Source of the DNA: a virus
Taxonomy: Duplodnaviria > Caudoviricetes
DNA length: 32,845 bases
IMG/VR virus record: IMGVR_UViG_3300028548_005859
Span: 1-32,845 of that record
Reading direction: 5' to 3' (one strand)
The notes under the pieces are model-generated. The model was not told the origin of the DNA. It searched no databases and worked only from the letters and a program-made list of their open reading frames with translations. The translations under genes were made by a program, and so were the position numbers. This document shows, in pieces, positions 1 through 7,298 of this stretch (its first letter is position 1; each line of letters opens with the position of its first letter).

Positions 1-38
1 TCTTTGACATGAACGCCAGGAGAAACTAGAAAAGACAT
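1..38 (-). CDS. gp18: Tail sheath protein gp18, 5' end only (runs off the window)
   Basis: The reverse complement of 1..38 reads ATG TCT TTT CTA GTT TCT CCT GGC GTT CAT GTC AAA GA = MSFLVSPGVHVK(E/D), matching the SPGV..E N-terminus of T4-like sheath proteins. An AAGGAG RBS and a late promoter lie upstream, and it follows gp17 as in T4. Confidence 0.88.
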   Translation of the reverse strand, partial: MSFLVSPGVHVK

Positions 39-85
39 AAATTGTACTCCTTATCTTTAAGAGTTGGTTATTTTGTTTACACAGA

Positions 86-93
86 TATTTATA
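86..93 (-). promoter_or_regulatory. T4-type late promoter TATAAATA for gp18
   Basis: TATTTATA on + (TATAAATA on -), intergenic, about 48 nt upstream of the gp18 ATG. Confidence 0.8.
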
Positions 94-136
94 AAAAAAC
101 AAACTTAGAAAAACATTTTTTATAAGTGTTATAACA

Positions 137-144
137 TATAAATA
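137..144 (+). promoter_or_regulatory. T4-type late promoter TATAAATA for the HNH-like ORF
   Basis: Exact TATAAATA on +, 5 nt before the ATG at 150. No Shine-Dalgarno sequence between them. Confidence 0.65.
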
Positions 145-149
145 ATAAT

Positions 150-452
150 ATGGTAAATGCACATTATGAAAAGTATAAAGACACAATTAAAAAGGTAGCT
201 CGTAGAAACTATCGTAAAAGAATCATTCTATTGAATGAAAATCTAGCAGATAAGTCTTGTAAACATTGTGGCGAAAGCGAAACTGTGTGTTTAAAATACT
301 ATCCTCATGATTCAGAAATACGAAAAATAACAAAAAGAGTTGGTACTAATCCTAAGAGTAGAAAGGAAATATTCTCTCTTATCGATGAAAGTATTATATT
401 ATGTACTAATTGTTGGATTAAAGTTGATAATGATTTATTAGAATTTATATAA
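150..452 (+). CDS. HNH-endonuclease-like zinc-binding protein, apparently degenerate
   Basis: Basic N-terminal helix, CKHCG, then LCTNCW. This is the CxxC...HH...CxNCH layout of small phage HNH proteins, but the usual HH and the final H appear replaced (YYPH, CTNCW). Confidence 0.65.
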   Translation: MVNAHYEKYKDTIKKVARRNYRKRIILLNENLADKSCKHCGESETVCLKYYPHDSEIRKITKRVGTNPKSRKEIFSLIDESIILCTNCWIKVDNDLLEFI

Positions 453-454
453 TA

Positions 455-2098
455 TTACCAATCTGAACCATAATCTCTCACTACTGCCGCCCACTTTGTA
501 CCATATTCATCTACCATATTTCCTATATTTTCATCTTCCAATCCATTAACCACGAAACCAAAAGGTGCCATATCCTGTTCTAATGCATTTTGTTGCTCTT
601 GCAACATTGTCAAACGTACATCACTATCAGTTAATTCTTTGAAATATTGTTGATCTGTTACCCATGCAAATATAAACAAACACGCAACTAGATCATCATT
701 ACACCCATCATCAGCTTCATATGACGAACCTTTTACAATAAATGTAGATAACTCTCTAATAATATCTAAATCTTCTACAATAAGTTTATTATCTTCAATT
801 AATTGTTTAAGATTAGAACAACCTATTTTTTTAACAGCTTTAGTGGTTCTTACCCCTAATTGAGCTTTACCCCCGCTGAATCCCCCTCCAAGCACCTGAC
901 CTGACCTCCCACGCATAGAAGCCATAATTAGGTTGTCATACTCCAGATCAAAATGTATAGTGTTTGCAACCTGTTCACCAATATCATTTACCTCTATAAG
1001 AACAAAGGCTTGGTTGTATGCGCGAGCAACGTCATAAATTTTTGCTGGAAAAAGAAGAGGTTTTACTTCGTTATCTCTATATTTTGCGACTACCATATAG
1101 GGCATTTGTGATACATCAACCACAATAAATGCAGAGTAGTCATTCTGTGTTCCTCTAGCAACGTCAGCAGTAATCACATATGTATGTCCCTCTTGTGGTG
1201 AAATATGTAAATCAAATCCTGCATTTGATTGTATAGGTTCTCTATAAGGTAATACTTTAAGTTTTTGTGAAGATATTAGAGTATTAATAGAACCAAGAAA
1301 CTCACACTCAAACTCTGTTTGAAATTGTTGTAGTGAAGTATTTTTTATAGTTTCTTTTTTCCATTCCTCATCCCGACCAGGAATTTCACTCCAATGAACC
1401 TCAATAGGAACATAAGTGTTACGACCTTCCTCTGCATCTACCCATAACTTGTAGAACATATTCATGCCATGTGGAGTGGAAACAATCATTACCTTGGTTG
1501 TTTTACCAGAGGAGATAGTAGGATATACTGAGGAGAAGAACTGTTCAGCTACGTTTGCTGGAACGTAAGCAAACTCATCAAGAAAAATAATATTGTAAGA
1601 CCCACCTCTAACAGCAGAAGCACTAGTAGAACTAGCAAGAATTTTACTTCCATTTTCTAACTCTAGAGAACCTTTGTTCCAACTCATTACTCCTTGTTGT
1701 AACCATTTTGGTAAGTGTTCATAAGCAAGTTGAAGTCTGCCAAGTAAATCTCTTGCGGTTGCAGCTTTGTTTGCAAGAATTGCAACATTAACTGAATCAT
1801 TAAAAATAACGTAGTGCAGCAAGTAAGAAATGATTGTAGTAGATTTACCAGACTGTCTTGGTAGTTTACAAATAGTGAAACGATTACTATGAAACGTACC
1901 TATCATTTCCTTTTGAAAATCATAAAGATCAAAAGGAACAAGACCTTCATCTAGAGAAACAATTTTTATATAGTTTTTGATAAAATAGATAGGGTCTTTC
2001 ATACATAAAGAAAATTCCTCGACCTGTTCCTTTGTCCATTCTTGTTGGACGTTGGCCCTTTTAAGGTTAGGGTTTCCTAAATATACGCCTTCACTCAT
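455..2098 (-). CDS. gp17: Terminase large subunit
   Basis: YLGNPNLK N-terminus, Walker A KLPRQSGKST, Walker B IIFLDEFA, STPHG motif, and nuclease-domain ADVARG / DYSAF / NDDLV. Confidence 0.98.
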   Translation of the reverse strand: MSEGVYLGNPNLKRANVQQEWTKEQVEEFSLCMKDPIYFIKNYIKIVSLDEGLVPFDLYDFQKEMIGTFHSNRFTICKLPRQSGKSTTIISYLLHYVIFNDSVNVAILANKAATARDLLGRLQLAYEHLPKWLQQGVMSWNKGSLELENGSKILASSTSASAVRGGSYNIIFLDEFAYVPANVAEQFFSSVYPTISSGKTTKVMIVSTPHGMNMFYKLWVDAEEGRNTYVPIEVHWSEIPGRDEEWKKETIKNTSLQQFQTEFECEFLGSINTLISSQKLKVLPYREPIQSNAGFDLHISPQEGHTYVITADVARGTQNDYSAFIVVDVSQMPYMVVAKYRDNEVKPLLFPAKIYDVARAYNQAFVLIEVNDIGEQVANTIHFDLEYDNLIMASMRGRSGQVLGGGFSGGKAQLGVRTTKAVKKIGCSNLKQLIEDNKLIVEDLDIIRELSTFIVKGSSYEADDGCNDDLVACLFIFAWVTDQQYFKELTDSDVRLTMLQEQQNALEQDMAPFGFVVNGLEDENIGNMVDEYGTKWAAVVRDYGSDW

Positions 2099-2531
2099 TA
2101 TTTTTACCTTTAATAAGTTTTTGTAATTCAGCAGTTGATCCTACAAACAGTGCGTTAGTAACATTTTTAGGAGCAGTGTTTGGAACTTCTTTAAGTCTCT
2201 TCATCTTCTCTTGAAGATCACCTAGTTTTTCAGCAACTTCTGCAACCTGTTTGATAAGATTTCCTGCAACCTCATACCCTCTTGGATGTTCACCTTCCTT
2301 TGCAAGCTCAAGTATTCCATCAATCGCAGTAGAACCCTTCTCAACTAAAGTATTAAAAGTATCTCTTTGAGTACGATAATCTTTTTCAATATCATCCTCT
2401 TCAAGATTATTTTCAATTATTATTGGTAAAGTTTCAGATGTATCTTTATAGTTACAGGGTTCTGATTGTAATGTTTTAATATTACCAGCAACCCCAAGAG
2501 CTTTACTTAGTTCTTTAAGGGGATCAGACAT
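2091..2531 (-). CDS. gp16: Terminase small subunit
   Basis: DY...R, EHPRGYEV and NALFVGSTAELQK motifs of T4-like gp16. Overlaps the gp17 start. Confidence 0.95.
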   Translation of the reverse strand: MSDPLKELSKALGVAGNIKTLQSEPCNYKDTSETLPIIIENNLEEDDIEKDYRTQRDTFNTLVEKGSTAIDGILELAKEGEHPRGYEVAGNLIKQVAEVAEKLGDLQEKMKRLKEVPNTAPKNVTNALFVGSTAELQKLIKGKNNE

Positions 2532-3337
2532 TATGTATCTACATCTGTACCTGTTACTGGATCAAAAACCTTTGCATCCTCAAAGAATGAAACGGTTTCA
2601 TTAAAACCAAAATCATCACTTGCCTTAGAATTAGCAGGAGTAGGAGTAACCGTATACCTTTGTTCACGTTTAGGTGCTTTATCGGGCAAGTCAGTATACT
2701 GATCAACTTGTACAGTTTTGATAACAGACTGAGAAGTAACAGGGCCATATAGATAAAACTTTGCAGTAAAATCTAAGGTATAAATTAAAGCCCTTCTAGT
2801 TTCAAAATCTCCCTGATAATTATCCTCGTAAGATACACCATTCAACACGATAGGAACATCTCTTTTAATTCCCATATCTGCCATATCATTAATTGTAAGA
2901 GTATAGTCTGGTTGAAAGAATGGAAGAATTTGTTCAATAATCTGTAGAGAGTCATCAGATTCTTTTGCCATAACATATAACTGTATATTCAGATTATACG
3001 GTACTGGCATATATTGAGAATCTAGACGATCATCATTTTTACCCTTAACCTTTTTAAATTTCTGCACTCTATTGAGTTTTCTATTAGGATCATAAGATAG
3101 ATTTTGTATTTCAAAACCAATACGTGGAAGAGTAATAGCAACTGTCTTTGATAGATCAGCATCTTCATTTAAACGAGTAAGCCATTTCTGTCTTGGCCCG
3201 TAAGCAAGAGGAACTTTCATTGATTGCTTTATATTACCATTATTGTCCTTACGAACTAATGATATATTATTAAAAGTTGTTCCAAAAGCAACAATAACTT
3301 TTCTTATGCTTTCATGATAGAATTGTTGACCTAACAT
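2531..3337 (-). CDS. gp15: Tail sheath stabiliser / tail terminator
   Basis: FYHESIRKVIVAFGTTFN, KVPLAYGP, LPRIGFE, PVPYNL and QIIEQILPFFQP motifs. TAATG coupling to gp16. Confidence 0.96.
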   Translation of the reverse strand: MLGQQFYHESIRKVIVAFGTTFNNISLVRKDNNGNIKQSMKVPLAYGPRQKWLTRLNEDADLSKTVAITLPRIGFEIQNLSYDPNRKLNRVQKFKKVKGKNDDRLDSQYMPVPYNLNIQLYVMAKESDDSLQIIEQILPFFQPDYTLTINDMADMGIKRDVPIVLNGVSYEDNYQGDFETRRALIYTLDFTAKFYLYGPVTSQSVIKTVQVDQYTDLPDKAPKREQRYTVTPTPANSKASDDFGFNETVSFFEDAKVFDPVTGTDVDT

Positions 3338-3359
3338 TACGAATACTCCCTATTCACTA

Positions 3360-3367
3360 TATTTATG
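3360..3367 (-). promoter_or_regulatory. Variant late promoter CATAAATA for gp15
   Basis: TATTTATG on + (one mismatch), overlapping the stop codon of the 672-aa fibre, about 22 nt upstream of the gp15 ATG. Confidence 0.5.
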
Positions 3368-5381
3368 CGATGGTAGCAATAGGTGATGCAAGACATTCTA
3401 CTTGCCATGTTCCATCTGTACCATCATCTACTATACAAGTAATTCTTGCTCTTGACCCAATCACAGTGCTATTAACGAATGTAAGTGCATCGCCTGCATT
3501 GTCAAATACTGCGTTTGCAGCAGTACCACCAGCAAGACTTAATGCACCAACAAATCCACCACCAGAACCAGCAATATTAACAATTGTAGTTTTATCACTA
3601 GCAACAGCAACTCTCACAATAAGGTCATAAAATATGCCTGGATTTGATACTGCGGCCGCCGGTAAATTAATTACATTATTTTCTGTACCATCAATTAATA
3701 TTGTCGCACCAGATTGTGCAGCAGTTAGTGAGGCAGTTACAGCTGAAGTAGTATTAAAAGTAGAAACTAGTGTTTTTCTACCAGCAACAGAACCACCTGT
3801 AATCGCACCAGTCGTTGTAATTGTACCAGCACCAACATCAATACTTGTAAATCCAGATGTAATACTACCAGAGTCTAATGCACCTACCGATACTAGACCA
3901 GTTGCAGTTGTTATTGAATTTTGTGTTGCAGTAGAAACTGTACCAGCCAAGTTACCAGTTACGTTGCCTGTTAATGTACCAACAAAACCTGTAGCAGTTA
4001 TTTTACCTGTACTTGGGTTGTATGTTAATGTTCCATCTGATTCTAGTCCAAGATTGCCACCATCAACATCTCCACCAGCAGTAAATATAATAGCGTTATT
4101 TTCGTTTGTACTTTCGTTATCTGTAATGGTAACTGTTGTTGCTAATGTTGCAAGTCCTACTGCAATATTAGCACTACCATCAAATGAGGTTCCACCAATA
4201 GTTCTTGCGGTTGCCAGTGCAGTTGCGGTGTCTGCATTACCCGTTACATCACCAGTTATATCACCAACAAATGCTGTTGAGGTGATACTAGTTGCACCAG
4301 TAACCACACCAGCGTCAATAATAATAGTACCATCAAGAACAATTTGTTGTCCAGCAAGTGGTGTAATTAACAAGTCAGTACCAGCAGTTGAACTTATTGT
4401 ATTAGCGTTTATATTAAGATTATCTACTTGAAGTGCAGTAAGAGTTCCTACTGAAGTAATTGCAGTTTGAGCTGCACCAGTAACAGTTGCAGCTGTACCA
4501 GATGCGTTTCCAGTTACGTTACCAGTTAATGCACCAGCAAATAATGTTGCAGTTAGTAAACCACTACTAGCATTAAAAGTTAAATTAGAACCACTCTTCG
4601 GAGGTAAATCACCTGTTGCCGCAGTTGCAAATAATGGAAAACAAGTAGTATCACTTGACTCATCTGCTACTGTAACAGCAGTACCAACAGATGCCAAAGC
4701 AACTGCGATATTTGCAGAACCATTAAATGATGTTCCACCAATAGTTCTAGCAGTTGCAAGTGTAGTTGCTGTATCTGCATTACCTGTAACATCACCAGTT
4801 ATATCACCAACAAATGCTGTTGATGTAATACTTGTTGCACCTGTAACTACTCCAGCATCAATAATAATAGTACCATCAAGAACAATCTGTTGTCCTGATA
4901 ATGGAGCAATCGTTAAATCTGTACCAGCAGTACTAGAAATAGCATTACCGTTGATATTAATATTATCTACTTGTAGTGCAGTTAGTGTTCCTACTGAAGT
5001 AATTGCAGTTTGAGCAGCTGTAGCAAGAGCGCCTGTAATTGTTCCTGTTGTTGTTAGATTTTCATTACCAAAACTAATGGCCCCAGAACTATCTGTAATA
5101 GAACCAGCAGCTAATGCAAGAGTTCCAGCATTTAAAGTGGTTCCCGTCAAAGTCGTGATAGTAGCAGAAGTTTGTGTTCCTGCAACTACACCACTAATAC
5201 TAGGGGCAGTTAATGATATTACAGATGCAGTTGCACTAATACCACTACTTAAAGACGATGTATCTCCTAATAGAGTATAAATCTCTAAAAAGTTATCATT
5301 AACTTTATCAGAAGCAGCACGTAAGGTATCACCTGTACCATCATTTGCTGCGCCTCCTATTCCAAGTACTTGATTTGCCAT
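3363..5381 (-). CDS. Fibre-like structural protein (672 aa) with a T4 gp9/gp10-type N-terminal anchor
   Basis: N-terminus NDGTGDTLRAASDKVNDNFLEIYTLLG matches the gp10/gp9 N-terminal motif. Thr/Gly/Ala-rich stalk with a 181-aa internal duplication, and a distinct C-terminal domain (LTAAQSG..NLPAA). Confidence 0.8.
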   Translation of the reverse strand: MANQVLGIGGAANDGTGDTLRAASDKVNDNFLEIYTLLGDTSSLSSGISATASVISLTAPSISGVVAGTQTSATITTLTGTTLNAGTLALAAGSITDSSGAISFGNENLTTTGTITGALATAAQTAITSVGTLTALQVDNININGNAISSTAGTDLTIAPLSGQQIVLDGTIIIDAGVVTGATSITSTAFVGDITGDVTGNADTATTLATARTIGGTSFNGSANIAVALASVGTAVTVADESSDTTCFPLFATAATGDLPPKSGSNLTFNASSGLLTATLFAGALTGNVTGNASGTAATVTGAAQTAITSVGTLTALQVDNLNINANTISSTAGTDLLITPLAGQQIVLDGTIIIDAGVVTGATSITSTAFVGDITGDVTGNADTATALATARTIGGTSFDGSANIAVGLATLATTVTITDNESTNENNAIIFTAGGDVDGGNLGLESDGTLTYNPSTGKITATGFVGTLTGNVTGNLAGTVSTATQNSITTATGLVSVGALDSGSITSGFTSIDVGAGTITTTGAITGGSVAGRKTLVSTFNTTSAVTASLTAAQSGATILIDGTENNVINLPAAAVSNPGIFYDLIVRVAVASDKTTIVNIAGSGGGFVGALSLAGGTAANAVFDNAGDALTFVNSTVIGSRARITCIVDDGTDGTWQVECLASPIATIA
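4158..5018 (-). repeat. Internal tandem duplication, period 543 nt (181 aa); conserved cores 4158..4475 and 4701..5018
   Basis: AAQTAITSVGTLTALQVDN...GQQIVLDGTIIIDAGVVTGATSITSTAFVGDITGDVTGNADTA...RTIGGTSF.GSANIAV occurs twice. Confidence 0.92.
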
Positions 5382-5398
5382 CTATGTTCTCCTAACTC

Positions 5399-5406
5399 TA
5401 TTTATA
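5399..5406 (-). promoter_or_regulatory. Late promoter TATAAATA for the 672-aa fibre
   Basis: TATTTATA in the 26-nt gap between the gp14 stop and the fibre start, followed by an AGGAG RBS. Confidence 0.8.
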
Positions 5407-5407
5407 A

Positions 5408-6397
5408 TCATGTAGGATCACCAAATGGATTAGATTCTGTAAAGTCTAGAACTGTATCATCTAATGTATCAAACAATTCGTTCTGTGCAGTCTTATCATT
5501 AATGGTATCTCCAAGACTTCGTGCTTCTTCTTGTAGTAGATACTCTGCATTTCCAGTATCGGCAGAATTTTCGAGCAATATACTTTCTCCTGATGAAGAT
5601 GAATCTGTACTAACTATTGTAGCATCTATCGTAACATCATCTACATCAATGTTATACAGTTCACTATCAATAGATAATGATTGTCCTACTTCAGATTCTT
5701 GTTCTAGAGTAAACTGAAAATTGAGTAAGTTAAGACTTAATGCATCTTCTATCGCATCTATATCATCTATACCAGTATTAAGTTCTTCAGAAGCATAATC
5801 AAACAGACGGCATCTTAATTTGTATACTGGGTTGCTGTCCAGTTGAAAGAACGGCTCATCATGATCTACAAAGTTAACTTGAAACATTTTTTTAAGTATT
5901 GGATGATAAATTGCATCACCCTCAAAAGGACGATCTGAATCTGTTGCATCTGTTTCTGATATAATATAGAAATCACTTCCCTCTAAGTCTGTAGTTGTTA
6001 ATGCAAGTGTACCAGCTTCTAAAAGAATAGAACCACCCTCTTCTTCATCAGTTCCAGATTCTATTGTAATCTGTTTTGTAAGTTCTTGAAATCTTAATTT
6101 GTTTACTACAAAGGTTGCTTCACTTAAATTTTGTAAACCAAACTGATTCATTATATCTCGTTCACCCGCAAAACCACCGTCTGCATTTTCCATATACATT
6201 TCTATTTTTGATGCATCTTTAAATTTAGAGAGAGTGTCTCCACCAAGAACAGCGTCTTCTGCAACAATAGTACGATCCATATAAAAAACATCATGACCGT
6301 GTATCTGAATTGCTTCAGCTACTAAATTTGAATATAAACTTTGTTCTGTTGATATTGCAGCAACATTACTAGTATGAAAGAAAGAATTTACAGCCAT
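5408..6397 (-). CDS. gp14: Neck / head-closure protein with acidic insertions
   Basis: EQSLYSNLVAEAIQIHGHDVFYMDR, FGLQ, RPFEGDAIY, YKLRCRLFDYASE and C-terminal DFTESNPFG. Follows gp13. Confidence 0.94.
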   Translation of the reverse strand: MAVNSFFHTSNVAAISTEQSLYSNLVAEAIQIHGHDVFYMDRTIVAEDAVLGGDTLSKFKDASKIEMYMENADGGFAGERDIMNQFGLQNLSEATFVVNKLRFQELTKQITIESGTDEEEGGSILLEAGTLALTTTDLEGSDFYIISETDATDSDRPFEGDAIYHPILKKMFQVNFVDHDEPFFQLDSNPVYKLRCRLFDYASEELNTGIDDIDAIEDALSLNLLNFQFTLEQESEVGQSLSIDSELYNIDVDDVTIDATIVSTDSSSSGESILLENSADTGNAEYLLQEEARSLGDTINDKTAQNELFDTLDDTVLDFTESNPFGDPT

Positions 6398-6401
6398 ACT
6401 A

Positions 6402-7223
6402 TTATCCTACCATGTAACTAACTGGTAATTCAAATGCTAATTGAATCTGATCCTCTAGTTTTTGTTGTTCATCTATTGCTTGTGTGTAGATTGTTTCACC
6501 GTTCATGGTAACACCGCCCAACATAGCAACACCACTAAACTTAGATAGGTTTGCTCCCCATTGTTTTTTAATTAATGAAGTTGCATACCTTTTGAGATAT
6601 ATGTCATCAAAGATATCAGTGTAAGATGTTGGATCAACCTTACGATAACACTCTATGATTATAAACTCACTATCAGCTACAATTTTATTCTCCCAATCCA
6701 TATCAATATAAAGACGGTTTTGGTGTTGATTAAAACGTATAGGTGTCTCACCTACAAGAATATGCTCAAGGAAATCTAAATTCTGCATTTGTAACTGATA
6801 GTTCATAACAGAAGTAGATGAGAAGTCATAGAGATCATTTAATCTTAATTGATAACGAACATCAAATAAACTTCCACCACCACCAGTATCAGTTAAAGGA
6901 AATACTCTTAGAATAGAAACAACAGATTGTGGAACAGGAATCCAGTTGTTACCTTCTTTCCATGTTGAAGATACAGAAGTATCTACTACATCCGTTGCCG
7001 TGGTTGAACTATTAGACCTTGCTCGTGTTATATCAGCTTCTGTTACCAGATGTTTTAGATACATCTTTTCAATACCATCATAGTGATATTGTGCAAAATA
7101 TTGCAAAGCTTCATCTATACGATCATCTACTTGATCATCTGATACGTTAATATCAATAACACCAGAACCAAGAGCTCTAAGACAGTAAGTTTTAAAGGTT
7201 GCTTTAGTAGAAGGTATAGCCAT
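6402..7223 (-). CDS. gp13: Neck protein (head-tail adaptor)
   Basis: YCLRALG..VIDINV..DQVDDRIDEALQYF..YHYDG and KKQWGANLSKF.GV.M.GGVT.NG motifs. Confidence 0.96.
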   Translation of the reverse strand: MAIPSTKATFKTYCLRALGSGVIDINVSDDQVDDRIDEALQYFAQYHYDGIEKMYLKHLVTEADITRARSNSSTTATDVVDTSVSSTWKEGNNWIPVPQSVVSILRVFPLTDTGGGGSLFDVRYQLRLNDLYDFSSTSVMNYQLQMQNLDFLEHILVGETPIRFNQHQNRLYIDMDWENKIVADSEFIIIECYRKVDPTSYTDIFDDIYLKRYATSLIKKQWGANLSKFSGVAMLGGVTMNGETIYTQAIDEQQKLEDQIQLAFELPVSYMVG

Positions 7224-7243
7224 ATAATTAACTCCTTTCTACA

Positions 7244-7251
7244 TATTTATA
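7244..7251 (-). promoter_or_regulatory. Late promoter TATAAATA for gp13-gp14
   Basis: Intergenic TATTTATA followed on - by an AAAGGAG RBS and the gp13 ATG. Confidence 0.82.
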
Positions 7252-7298
7252 AGAGTAACCATCTTGTTGACTAATTATCATATTAAGAACTTGATAAT

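Noticed and set aside
455-2098. Intron or intein in terminase associated with the nearby HNH gene
   Set aside because: gp17 is continuous, about 547 aa, with motifs in normal order. The HNH-like ORF is outside it.
3634-4431. 265-aa plus-strand ORF
   Set aside because: Antisense shadow of the Thr/Ala/Gly-rich fibre. The codon bias of the real gene suppresses stops on the opposite strand, and there is no RBS or promoter.
4158-5018. Near-duplicate segments as a DGR template/variable repeat pair
   Set aside because: Both copies are in-frame parts of one stalk. Differences are mostly synonymous and not evidently adenine-specific, and no reverse transcriptase is in the window.
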